A stretch of 64,000 bases of DNA from Candidatus Heimdallarchaeum aukensis (GCA_021513695.1 CP084166.1:2016001-2080000); one strand, 5' to 3'. Shown: positions 51,179 through 59,950, counted from the stretch's first letter. Translations and numbers: made by a program. Notes: generated by a model from the letters alone, not told the origin.

Positions 51179-51658
51179 TAAAACGAAAATCTCAATAAAT
51201 ATTTATAAATTTTATCTATTAAGAAGTATTATGACTAATTAGAACTATCTTGATAATACTCTAAAAGACTAGTTACTAAAAGTAAACAATAAACATAAAA
51301 AACAACCACACCCTAGAAAACTTAGAAAGAGAGTAGTTAAAAAGTACAGAATGGAGAGGAAGTAACCTAAACCGCAGTATAGTAAATATTGAGTAGAAAA
51401 ACCATCTATAAGCGAATTAAAAAGATAAGGAAGATACTAATAAAGAATGGTGTGTAAACACTCGGATGTATCAAAGAAGGGAAAGCGGAAGATCCACCAT
51501 AATTATCACTGATTTAATATCCTGTACTCAGTAGGACACCTAAACCTCTCAAACGGGTATCGAAGATGACAAAAGATTCTTCCATGAGAAGGTAATCCAT
51601 TTTGTTAGTAATTGACCTCTTAATCTTAATTCTCTATAAACTAATTAAAATAGGAACT

Positions 51659-51797
51659 TGGTGCCCCGACCGGGAACCTCAAAAAAAATGCCTCAACATT
51701 TTTCTTTTTGAACCCGGGTCTGCGGATATTCCTGCCACATCCGCGAACTTTAGCATGTGAAAGTCCGCAATGATTGGCCGAGCTACACCATCGGGGC
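51659..51797 (-). tRNA. tRNA-Glu (anticodon TTC) with two introns (anticodon loop, about 30 nt; T-loop, about 33 nt)
   Basis: Minus-strand read: GCCCCGA ... T GCGGA CTTTCAC [ATGCTAAAGTTCGCGGATGTGGCAGGAATA] TCCGC AGAC CCGGG TTCAA[AAAGAAAAATGTTGAGGCATTTTTTTTGAGG]TT CCCGG TCGGGGC A CCA. The acceptor and T stems are perfect. The T-loop is 41 nt long unless an intron is removed from it. Confidence 0.65.
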
Positions 51798-51999
51798 ATA
51801 GAGTTTTTGTCTTGTTGAAATGATAGAATTAAATTGATTTTTAATATTTTTGTTTGTCGTGTCCTCTTATTAATAATGATTTTCTTTATATTCTGTTATT
51901 ATCTTACAGAGATAAATTTAAAAAATAAATGTTAACTCGTTTCTTAATCCATATAGAAAAACTGCTCGTTTCCTACTTTGTTCATTTGCTTAAAATTTC

Positions 52000-52084
52000 G
52001 CGGGGATTGCCGAGCGGTCAAAGGCGCTGGACTTAGGATCCAGTCCTTAGTGGTTCGAGAGTTCGAATCTCTCTCCCCGCACCA
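52000..52084 (+). tRNA. tRNA-Leu (anticodon TAG), class II with a long variable arm
   Basis: GCGGGGA TT GCC GAGCGGTCAAA GGC G CTGGA CTTAGGA TCCAG [long variable arm] GAGAG TTCGAAT CTCTC TCCCCGC A CCA. Confidence 0.85.
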
Positions 52085-52095
52085 TTTCTTCTTTT
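52057..52095 (+). repeat. attL-like 39-bp direct repeat (3' end of tRNA-Leu plus 11 nt downstream)
   Basis: gagagttcgaatctctctccccgcaccatttcttctttt is repeated identically at 54886..54924. Confidence 0.85.
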
Positions 52096-52127
52096 ATCTT
52101 TATATATTTCCTTTTCCTTTTTTCTTT

Positions 52128-54881
52128 ATGGTTGCTTTTTCTCCTACTTTTTCTGTTATCGATTCTTTCTCTTTTCTTCACGACCCTCAATTTGTTTTTT
52201 TACTTCAGACTTTTATTGATTCTTCCCCTGACTTTTTTTCGTTTCTTTCTCTTCTTTCTTCCTCTTCTCCCTCTTCTCTTTCTTCTTTTGTAAGGGACAT
52301 TTTTTTACTTATTTCTTTTGATGATCCTTTTTCTCTTTCTTCTTCCTCTTTTCATTTTTTTGATTCTCATTTTAATTGGAAATCTTTTCTTTCCTTTTTC
52401 CTTGATTCTTTTTCTTCCCGTAAATTTTCTCTTTGCAATTTTTCTTTATTTTATGCTCATTTTTCTTTTTTGCATTTTTCTATTCCTAATTTTTTATCTG
52501 ATTTTGCATTCTTTTTTTTATCTGATTTAGATTTTAATTTTTTATCTTCTTCCTTTTTCAGTTCTTTTTTCTCTTTTGAATCTTTTTATGATTTTTTCTT
52601 TTCTTATTTTGATTCTTTTTTACCTTCCTATCGTCTCCTTATGCGTCATCGTTTTAATTCTTCTCCTAACCATTTTTTTCCTCCTTTTCTTCCATTCCTT
52701 CGTTCTGAAGAGGTTAGCTCTTATTTTAAGTCCTTTCTGTATATTTGTGGCTTTGATAAATCTGTTTTCGGTTTTGGTTCTTCTCGTGCTAAGGTTGATC
52801 CTCGTCAATTTGCTGAGTCTTTTCAAACTTCTTGGATTAAATTGCACTTTCATTTAGACAAAATGCGTTTTCCTTTTACTCTTTCTTCTACTCGTGTTCT
52901 TTCTCTTTATCATCCTGGTCGTTATGTTTCTTCTGTTAATCCAAGTAATGGTTTTGACGATCTAATTGTTTTTTCTTCCTCCTCTTCCATTCCATCCTCT
53001 CTTTCCTCTTCTCCTTCTTCTCTTTCTTCCTTTTCTTCTCCCGTTTCTCCCTGCTTTACTATTTGTGTTATTGAGCAAAAAATGAACCATTTAGACGTTA
53101 AGCGTTTAGATAGTCCTTCTTCCTCTTCCGATTTTACGCGTTATCTCTCTTACCTTGCTAAAACCCACTTAAATCCCTTTATTCTTCTTTTACAAGCGTT
53201 TCATTATCCTGAAAAAGATAGACTTAAATTGTCCTCTCTATTGTATGATCGCTCTTTAACTTATTCTAACTCTGTTGGATTAGACTTTTTACGTAAAATC
53301 ACGAATGGTGATTTTCTATCTTCTCTTAAACTAATTGAACCTTCTTTAGATGATCAAACTATCAATAATATTCTTCGGGGTTCTATTATCCAGCACCAGC
53401 TTATTTCTTTGATTAAGTCTGGTTTTTGTTTTAAATTGGCTTTTGTTGATGGTTATTATACCGTTAAAAAGAGGTATCCTGGTGACCTGGTCTCTTCTGT
53501 TATATGTTATTATAATTGTTTAAATGGTTCTTGCGTTGAAATCCATTTTCCTTCGTCGCTATTTGAAATAAGAATAGATTCTAGGGGTCATTTTCTTGTA
53601 CCTCAGTACTCTGAATCTCAGATTTCTTCATATGCAAAGACAGAAAACGAGCTTATGGCTTATCAGGAACTCAACAATCTATTTAACACTTTACGGAGCG
53701 ATATGATTTTTAATGTAAATATTTTGTCTCTCCCTCCTTTTGAAATTGTAAAAAAAGTTAATTTATATCAAAAAAAGATTCTCTTTTTTTTACTTAATTC
53801 TAGACGAATTGCTGATTTAAGTATCTTTAACGATGGTTTTGTTAAATCTTATTTGGAAATTTTTACTTTACCAAAAACAGCTCATCGGATCAAGAGATAC
53901 TTATCCTATATACACGATTCACTTTCAATTTTTCCCTATTCGTTTTATCAGCAGTGGAATGCTCCTTTTGGCGATAGACTAAAAAACATGTTCTCTGGTT
54001 CTTTTAGTCGTGATACCCTTCTTTGTAAGCGTTTTAAAGAAAAGCTTCTTGAGTTTATTTTATCCTCTGATTATGATTTTTCCGAAATGCCTTTAGAATT
54101 TATTGAAACTAAGTTACGTCATTCACCTGATATTCAAATTTTTTTAGATTGCTATTTTAGTCAGTTTGCTCTTTATCCTGACGGTAATTTTTTACGGTTT
54201 AAACATAATAAAATTTCTTTGAAAGCTCTTGCTTTTTGGGATGAGACCAACAATCAATGGTTTTCGCTTAACAAGAAGCGTTTTTACATTTTATTGAACT
54301 TTGAAGATATTTTAGCTAATATAAGTAAGGAAGTGTCTTTTAAAGTAACAAAAAATCTTTTGCTTTTTCCTATTAAATTTAGTTTAAATAAACGCACAGG
54401 GCAGTTATCAGCTCTATTTAATACTGATTTTACTAACACTGAAGTAAACAGAATTTGGGTTGCATATCTTAAAAAATTGAAAGGAATGGATCTTTCCTTT
54501 GAGATTTTGTCCTCTTTTTCTTATGGTCAACGAAATAAGCGGAGTGGAATTGATTTATTCTATAACTGTAACCAAAAAAAGCTTTCAATATTGTTGGCAA
54601 TATTATCAGAAACTATTAAGTTGTGGAGTTTGGTTAAAGAACTTGTCCTTAACGTTGTTTATAAAAAATTAGATTCTGAAATGGATAAAATTATCTTATC
54701 TACCAAAGGAGATAAAATTGTTCTCAATGGCAAGCAATACAAAATGGTCTTACTCAATTACAATGAAAGTAATTCAAGGGTTAGGTGGTCGTTTAAACAC
54801 TACCTATTTCCTGTTGAAGGAACAATTATTGATGATTTTGTTAAAAAATGTTATTCTATTTATACTGATTTATTTTCTTAG
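52128..54881 (+). CDS. element-encoded hypothetical protein; start uncertain (the ORF-track start at 51978 runs through tRNA-Leu and is an artefact)
   Basis: A long frame stays open to 54881. The first roughly 320 codons are Ser/Phe/Leu-rich low complexity from the polypyrimidine tract, where all three plus frames lack stops. The C-terminal roughly 600 aa (from about MNHLDVKRLD at 53084) have normal protein-like composition. No catalytic motifs were recognised. Confidence 0.4.
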   Translation: MVAFSPTFSVIDSFSFLHDPQFVFLLQTFIDSSPDFFSFLSLLSSSSPSSLSSFVRDIFLLISFDDPFSLSSSSFHFFDSHFNWKSFLSFFLDSFSSRKFSLCNFSLFYAHFSFLHFSIPNFLSDFAFFFLSDLDFNFLSSSFFSSFFSFESFYDFFFSYFDSFLPSYRLLMRHRFNSSPNHFFPPFLPFLRSEEVSSYFKSFLYICGFDKSVFGFGSSRAKVDPRQFAESFQTSWIKLHFHLDKMRFPFTLSSTRVLSLYHPGRYVSSVNPSNGFDDLIVFSSSSSIPSSLSSSPSSLSSFSSPVSPCFTICVIEQKMNHLDVKRLDSPSSSSDFTRYLSYLAKTHLNPFILLLQAFHYPEKDRLKLSSLLYDRSLTYSNSVGLDFLRKITNGDFLSSLKLIEPSLDDQTINNILRGSIIQHQLISLIKSGFCFKLAFVDGYYTVKKRYPGDLVSSVICYYNCLNGSCVEIHFPSSLFEIRIDSRGHFLVPQYSESQISSYAKTENELMAYQELNNLFNTLRSDMIFNVNILSLPPFEIVKKVNLYQKKILFFLLNSRRIADLSIFNDGFVKSYLEIFTLPKTAHRIKRYLSYIHDSLSIFPYSFYQQWNAPFGDRLKNMFSGSFSRDTLLCKRFKEKLLEFILSSDYDFSEMPLEFIETKLRHSPDIQIFLDCYFSQFALYPDGNFLRFKHNKISLKALAFWDETNNQWFSLNKKRFYILLNFEDILANISKEVSFKVTKNLLLFPIKFSLNKRTGQLSALFNTDFTNTEVNRIWVAYLKKLKGMDLSFEILSSFSYGQRNKRSGIDLFYNCNQKKLSILLAILSETIKLWSLVKELVLNVVYKKLDSEMDKIILSTKGDKIVLNGKQYKMVLLNYNESNSRVRWSFKHYLFPVEGTIIDDFVKKCYSIYTDLFS

Positions 54882-54885
54882 GCTT

Positions 54886-54924
54886 GGAGAGTTCGAATCT
54901 CTCTCCCCGCACCATTTCTTCTTT
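54886..54924 (+). repeat. attR-like 39-bp direct repeat (copy of the tRNA-Leu 3' end)
   Basis: Identical to 52057..52095. The flanking sequence diverges immediately outside the repeat. Confidence 0.85.
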
Positions 54925-54962
54925 TCTTTTGTTTTCTTTTTCGTTTTGTTTCGTTTTGTTTA

Positions 54963-55011
54963 TTTTTTGATAGTGATAGTGATAGTTACACCTTTTTTGA
55001 TAGTGATAGAC
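54963..55011. repeat. (GATAGT)n repeat tract, inverted copy of the 8996..9047 tract
   Basis: ttttttgatagtgatagtgatagtt...ttttttgatagtgatagac. Lies just outside attR, at a convergent gene end. Confidence 0.75.
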
Positions 55012-55012
55012 T

Positions 55013-55708
55013 TTATTTTTCTCTTATTGTTCCGTAAATTCTCATATATCTTGGTTTTATTTTTTTTCTTTTGATGTATCTTTTTATTATCGTCACATCT
55101 ACTATTATTTTTACTCCTATCATTATCATCAATATTGTTTCTATTGTTCCATTGAATACCAGTAGATAAATTAGGAATTCTTCATCTCCTGCTGCATTAG
55201 CTATTGAAGCTATTACTGAAACAATTATTGAATAGAATCCGAATATTTGGTATAATATACTTCCCACTTTAATATCTGTTATTTTTTTTATTCTTGTTAG
55301 CATTAGATCTATTTTTCTGAATCCTATTGCTCTTGACGCTAGACTTATTAGAATCGCAAAGCTTCCGAAAACCACACTTCCTATAGTGAATGGTTTTAAT
55401 ATTTCTCCTATTGCATAAATCAACAAATATGTTCTTCCTTGCATTCCTTCCTTTCTGACGTGGTCTTTAAAGTATAGGTCTGCTATTCCTCCGAAGCTTA
55501 ATGCTATTGGTATTAAGCTTAGAGCTATTACTGCAGCAAAAATATAATCAAAAAACCAATTTACTGCTCTTAAGTATTGTATTGTCCTGTTCGACAGATT
55601 TATTGCTGCTGCTATTGTAAACAAAATGCTTCCCGTTATTGCTAAAAAAGAAAATTTGTTTATTTCTGTGTTAAATATTTTCTTCTGCTTTTCTTCGTTT
55701 GAGACCAT
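55013..55708 (-). CDS. membrane protein, paralog of the 59285..59950 gene
   Basis: 231 aa, about 6 TM segments. Conserved blocks are shared with the 59285 protein (REGx...L.IY.I.E ... SI.Y..FG.Y.I.V....IA.A.....E...YL......E.I....IG.K...D...I..YI). Confidence 0.5.
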   Translation of the reverse strand: MVSNEEKQKKIFNTEINKFSFLAITGSILFTIAAAINLSNRTIQYLRAVNWFFDYIFAAVIALSLIPIALSFGGIADLYFKDHVRKEGMQGRTYLLIYAIGEILKPFTIGSVVFGSFAILISLASRAIGFRKIDLMLTRIKKITDIKVGSILYQIFGFYSIIVSVIASIANAAGDEEFLIYLLVFNGTIETILMIMIGVKIIVDVTIIKRYIKRKKIKPRYMRIYGTIREK

Positions 55709-55723
55709 GCTTAAACCCTTTTT

Positions 55724-56593
55724 TTATACTTCTGATGCTAAGAGAAAGTCTGCTTCCTTTGCGTTAAATGAGCTTCTCACAAACGGAGCTGAAGCTACGA
55801 ACTTAAATCCCAGCTCATAACCTATTTTTTCATATTCCTTAAAAGTATCTGGGTGAACGTATTCTTCTATTTCTAAGTTTGAGCTTGGTGGTTTCAGATA
55901 TTGTCCTATAGTTAATATGTCACAATCTACTTTTCTTAAATCCTTTAATACTTGTATTACTTCTTCTTTTGTTTCTCCTAGTCCAACCATTATTCCTGAT
56001 TTAGTTAATATTTCCTTACTATATTCTTTGACCATCTTCAGTACTTTTAATGATATTTCATAATTTGCTTGTGGTGTGACTTTTTTATATAATCTTGGTA
56101 CTACCTCTACATTGTGATTAATTATGTTTGGTTTTGCTTCTATTATTGTTTTAATGCTCTCCTCTTTTCCTTTCATGTCAGGTATAAGTAGTTCTATTAT
56201 CAAATCTTCTTTATATTCTCTTAATTTTCTTGTTATTTCGGCGAAATGTGCAGCTCCTCCATCTGGTAAATCATCTCTTGTTACTGATGTGACTACTACG
56301 TGCTCTAAATTTAGTTTTTTAGCTGCTTCAACAATATGTTTTGGTTCCATGGGATCTAGTGGTTGTGGTCTTCCTGTTGTAATATCGCAAAATTTACAAT
56401 TTCTTGTACAGACATTTCCCATCACTAGAAATGTTGCAGTTTTATTTACAAAGCATTTTCCTATATTTGGGCACATTGATTCTTCGCATACTGTATGTAG
56501 ATGCAGTTCTCTCATAAGTTTTTGAACTTGTTTTATCTCTTCCCTCTGCACCTTCCCAATTCTTAACCATTCTGGCTTTCTTACATTTGGCAT
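55724..56593 (-). CDS. lipA: lipoyl synthase
   Basis: 289 aa. Radical-SAM CxxxCxxC motif (CTRNCKFCDI) plus an N-terminal Cys cluster (CEESMCPNIGKC). Confidence 0.88.
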   Translation of the reverse strand: MPNVRKPEWLRIGKVQREEIKQVQKLMRELHLHTVCEESMCPNIGKCFVNKTATFLVMGNVCTRNCKFCDITTGRPQPLDPMEPKHIVEAAKKLNLEHVVVTSVTRDDLPDGGAAHFAEITRKLREYKEDLIIELLIPDMKGKEESIKTIIEAKPNIINHNVEVVPRLYKKVTPQANYEISLKVLKMVKEYSKEILTKSGIMVGLGETKEEVIQVLKDLRKVDCDILTIGQYLKPPSSNLEIEEYVHPDTFKEYEKIGYELGFKFVASAPFVRSSFNAKEADFLLASEV

Positions 56594-56617
56594 TATTACT
56601 CACTTTTCTTTATTGTT

Positions 56618-57349
56618 TTATTGTTTTTCTATTTCTCTTTCTCTTTCTTTTTTTTCTATTTTTGTCAATAAATCTCTTGGTGAAAGATCCTTAATTTCTA
56701 TGTTAAATACTTTAGTAAAATTGTTTTTAAATTTCTCATACACTTCACGCATATCAACGCTTCTATTTAGAACTTCCTCGAGTGATATGGGTATAAAATC
56801 TGTTATTCCGCATGGAATTATCATTTGAAAATGACTCATATTTGTATTTACATTCAGTGCTAATCCGTGTGATGTTATATGCTTTGATGCTCTCGCTCCG
56901 ACAGCAGCTATTTTGGATATTTGACCATTATGTTCTATCCACACTCCAGGATATTCTTCTCTTCTGAAACCTTTTATGTTGTATTCCATTATCGTTTGAA
57001 TTACTACTTCTTCCATTTTGTGAACGAACTCGGGTATAGTGATTTTCAATTGTATTAAATCTAATAAAAAGTAAGCTACTAATTGTCCTGGGCCGTGATA
57101 TGTTACTTTTCCACCTCTTCTAATTTCAACAACTTCAATTCCTTCTTTTTCCAACACCTCATCACTAACAAGAATTTCACTTCTCTTTCCTTGTTTCCCT
57201 AAAGTAAAAACTGGTGGATCATGTTGTAACAATAACAGAAAATTGTCGTATTGTCTATCTTCCTCTTTTATGTTTCTTATTTTATTCTGTATCTCTAATG
57301 CGCTTAAATAATCGATAGTATCGTATTTTATAACAAAACATTCACTCAT
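56618..57349 (-). CDS. lipB: octanoyltransferase (lipoyl(octanoyl) transferase)
   Basis: 243 aa. RRGGKVTYHGPGQLVAYFLLDL is the LipB signature. Located immediately upstream of lipA. Confidence 0.85.
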   Translation of the reverse strand: MSECFVIKYDTIDYLSALEIQNKIRNIKEEDRQYDNFLLLLQHDPPVFTLGKQGKRSEILVSDEVLEKEGIEVVEIRRGGKVTYHGPGQLVAYFLLDLIQLKITIPEFVHKMEEVVIQTIMEYNIKGFRREEYPGVWIEHNGQISKIAAVGARASKHITSHGLALNVNTNMSHFQMIIPCGITDFIPISLEEVLNRSVDMREVYEKFKNNFTKVFNIEIKDLSPRDLLTKIEKKEREREIEKQ

Positions 57350-57510
57350 TAAGTTATTTTTTTCTTATTCTTTTTACAGATTTCGATTGGACGATACCCC
57401 TAATATTTGTGATTAAAACTCTCTTTCTTTTATTTTTGTCCTTTTTTAAAGAAACACTAAATTCAAAAACTTGAAAAAGGTACTAATCAACGCTCCTATG
57501 AGATAAAAAG

Positions 57511-57786
57511 GTGAACTCAATGAGCGTAAAAGTTTACAAAATTACTGGACATTATAAGAAGGGCAAACAAAGGATAAAATTCAGCAAGTTTGTTCGTGCG
57601 TTAAATCCACAAGATGCTTTGGAAAATATTTATGCAATTATGGGTAGTAAACATCACGTAAAGAGAACTGAGATCGTTCTTACTGAAGATAGCATTCGTG
57701 AAATTACTGATCCCAATGAAATAACAGATCAGTATGTTCATACATTCACAACTGACGATAACCTAAAAATCCCAAAAAAGGCTTAG
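57511..57786 (+). CDS. rplX: 50S ribosomal protein LX (L18Ae/L20A family)
   Basis: 91 aa. KVYKITGHYKKGKQRIKFSKFVRALNPQDALENIYAIMGSKHHVKRTEIVL. First gene of the conserved archaeal LX-pfdA-ftsY cluster. Confidence 0.8.
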   Translation: MNSMSVKVYKITGHYKKGKQRIKFSKFVRALNPQDALENIYAIMGSKHHVKRTEIVLTEDSIREITDPNEITDQYVHTFTTDDNLKIPKKA

Positions 57787-57787
57787 T

Positions 57788-58225
57788 GTGATAAGATTGG
57801 CAAGTAATAAACCCCAAATTGGCCAGGAAGAATTAAGTAAGTTACTTTATTCTGCTCAACAACTAGAGCAACAAGCTGGTCAATATCAGAAACAGCTAGA
57901 GGTCTTTCAAAGTTATTTAGCTGATATGAATAATGCTGAAAAAGCAATGAAAGAGCTCAAGAATATCTCTGATGAAAAAAATATTCTCGTTCCAATAGGT
58001 GCAGGTAATTTCATTCATGCATCAGTAAAGAAAACAGAGAAAGTTATTTCCTCTTTAGGTGCAGGAGTACATGCAGAGATACCAATCGACCAGGCATTAG
58101 CTAACATAGAAAAAAGAAAAACTGATGTAAACAATCAAATCTCACAAGTACAGGCAAATTATAACCAAGTAATTGAGAGACTAAAAGAAATCGATTCTTT
58201 TGTTAGAATGATACAACAAGGATAA
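57788..58225 (+). CDS. pfdA: prefoldin alpha subunit
   Basis: 145 aa. Coiled-coil, beta-hairpin (ILVPIGAGNFIHASV), coiled-coil architecture. Position matches the archaeal LX-pfdA-ftsY cluster. Confidence 0.8.
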   Translation: MIRLASNKPQIGQEELSKLLYSAQQLEQQAGQYQKQLEVFQSYLADMNNAEKAMKELKNISDEKNILVPIGAGNFIHASVKKTEKVISSLGAGVHAEIPIDQALANIEKRKTDVNNQISQVQANYNQVIERLKEIDSFVRMIQQG

Positions 58226-58248
58226 TCTTTCTTTACGGGGGAATTTTT

Positions 58249-59163
58249 TTGTTCAAAAATATGAAAAAAAGCCTTTCTTCTCTTTTGAAGAAGATCACTA
58301 TTGCCGAACTTAACCAAAAGACTATAAAAAAGGTAATTCACCCCCTTAAGGACATACTAATACAAAATGAAGTAGCGGTGGTAACAGCTGATAAAATTTG
58401 TGAAAGTGTTTCAGATAAGTTACTAAATGTTGAGTATAAACGTATGTCTTCTCCAAAAAGCCTTATCCTAGAAGCTTTACGCTCTTCATTATTAGAAATT
58501 TTACAACCAGAAGAGACAATTGATTTATTGAGTTTAGTAGAAGAATATAAAAAGAAAAAACAGCCTTTAGTCATTGCCTTCTTTGGAATAAATGGCGTTG
58601 GTAAAACTCTTTCAATAGCTAAATTAGGCTATTACTTGAAAAAAAATGACATTTCTTCTGTTTTTGCTGCGTCAGATACCTTTAGAGCTGGAAGTATACA
58701 ACAATTGGAGCAACATGCAAAAAAAGTAGGGGTAAAAATTATTTCTCAAACATATGGTTCTGATGCTGCAGCAGTAGCTTTTGATGCAGTATCACATGCT
58801 TCAGCTAAAGGAATTGATGTAGTTCTAATTGATACGGCAGGAAGGATGGAAACAAATAAGAACTTAATGGCTGAATTACAGAAATTAGATAGAGTTGTTG
58901 AACCTGATTTGAAGATTTTTGTAGGTGATGCTTTAACAGGTAATTCTTTAGTATCTCAAGCAGAATTATTTAATAGTAAGATAGGTATTGATGCTTCAAT
59001 TATTAATAAGATGGATGCAGATGTTAAAGGAGGAGCAACAATCTCTGTTGTGCATGCTACAAGGAAACCAATTTTATTTATAGGCGTAGGACAAAAATAT
59101 AATGACTTAAAACCATTTATTCCTGAACAAATAATCAAGAATGTTCTTCCAGATAAAATTTGA
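58249..59163 (+). CDS. ftsY: signal recognition particle receptor FtsY
   Basis: 304 aa. SRP-GTPase motifs FFGINGVGKTLSIAKL, DTFRAGSIQQL, DTAGRMETN and NKMDADVKGG. The start may be the ATG at 58261. Confidence 0.9.
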   Translation: MFKNMKKSLSSLLKKITIAELNQKTIKKVIHPLKDILIQNEVAVVTADKICESVSDKLLNVEYKRMSSPKSLILEALRSSLLEILQPEETIDLLSLVEEYKKKKQPLVIAFFGINGVGKTLSIAKLGYYLKKNDISSVFAASDTFRAGSIQQLEQHAKKVGVKIISQTYGSDAAAVAFDAVSHASAKGIDVVLIDTAGRMETNKNLMAELQKLDRVVEPDLKIFVGDALTGNSLVSQAELFNSKIGIDASIINKMDADVKGGATISVVHATRKPILFIGVGQKYNDLKPFIPEQIIKNVLPDKI

Positions 59164-59284
59164 ATTGAACCTTTTCACCTTTTACACTTGGAGTTCTATA
59201 GATAACTTGATTATTCACTATCGTAATGTTTAAAGAACTGATTTTTTGTTTGAAAACTACTAACGATAAGGTTTGTGAATTAAA

Positions 59285-59950
59285 TTGGACGTTTCTCACG
59301 AAGCATTACTACCGTTAAAAATAGAATATCATTTTAAGGAAACATTCATTTGGAGCTTTTCAGGTGTAATTTTGTTATTGCTTTCTTCATTATTCAACAT
59401 CATAGACCTTTTAGTTACAAGATGGGCTTATGTCGGATGGTTCCGACAATACCTAATAAGATCAACGATGTCTATTAGCTTTCTTCCCCTTGCAATAGGT
59501 TTTGGGATGATTTTTTCTAACTTTTTTGTAGGTTTTATAAGGCGAGAAGGAGAATTAGCAAAAAATTGGCTGATTGTTTATAGTATAGCAGAAATGGTCT
59601 CGCTTTTTACATTAAGTACAATAGTATTAGGTGCGTTTACTCTGCTAGCAATTATTTTCGGTAAATTGATAGCATTTATTTACTTAGACAGAGTTTTTTT
59701 GAAACTTAAAAAAAATGATGAGGTAAAGATAAATTTTAGTTTAATTTATCCGCTTTTTGGCTCCTACAGGATAGTAGTAGCTATAGTTGTAGGAATAGCA
59801 GCAAATGTAAGAGATTATGAAACAGAGCTATATTTGATAGCTGTAAATGCAACACTAGAAGCAATTTTTACCTTTATTATAGGAATAAAGTTGTTAATAG
59901 ACCTACTTAAAATTCGTTCTTATATAAATAGTAAAAGAAAGAAAAAATGA
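59285..59950 (+). CDS. membrane protein, paralog of the 55013..55708 gene
   Basis: 221 aa, about 6 TM segments. See the paralog entry. Confidence 0.5.
   Translation: MDVSHEALLPLKIEYHFKETFIWSFSGVILLLLSSLFNIIDLLVTRWAYVGWFRQYLIRSTMSISFLPLAIGFGMIFSNFFVGFIRREGELAKNWLIVYSIAEMVSLFTLSTIVLGAFTLLAIIFGKLIAFIYLDRVFLKLKKNDEVKINFSLIYPLFGSYRIVVAIVVGIAANVRDYETELYLIAVNATLEAIFTFIIGIKLLIDLLKIRSYINSKRKKK

Larger units (their letters stand above)
52057..54924 (+). mobile_element. putative integrated element (about 2.8 kb) at tRNA-Leu, bounded by 39-bp direct repeats; no recognisable integrase
   Basis: A perfect 39-bp duplication of the tRNA-Leu 3' end flanks a compositionally aberrant segment that is T/C-rich and A-depleted on the plus strand. 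The segment contains one long ORF. Confidence 0.7.

Noticed and set aside
51978-52127. N-terminal 50 codons of the 967-aa ORF-track ORF
   Set aside because: This part of the frame reads straight through tRNA-Leu (52000-52084). The real CDS, if any, must start at or after 52128.
52318-52857. Two extra plus-strand ORFs (70 aa and 93 aa) and one minus-strand ORF inside the polypyrimidine tract
   Set aside because: All frames are open here only because adenine is nearly absent, so no TAA, TAG or TGA occurs. They are not independent genes.
54718-55074. 118-aa ORF spanning attR and the GATAGT repeats
   Set aside because: Its translation is dictated by the att repeat and a hexamer microsatellite (IVIVIVTPFLIVIDF). 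It also overlaps the 3' end of the minus-strand membrane-protein gene.
56124-56525. 133-aa plus-strand ORF antisense to lipA
   Set aside because: lipA on the minus strand has the radical-SAM Cys motifs. The antisense ORF is Ser/Cys-rich nonsense.
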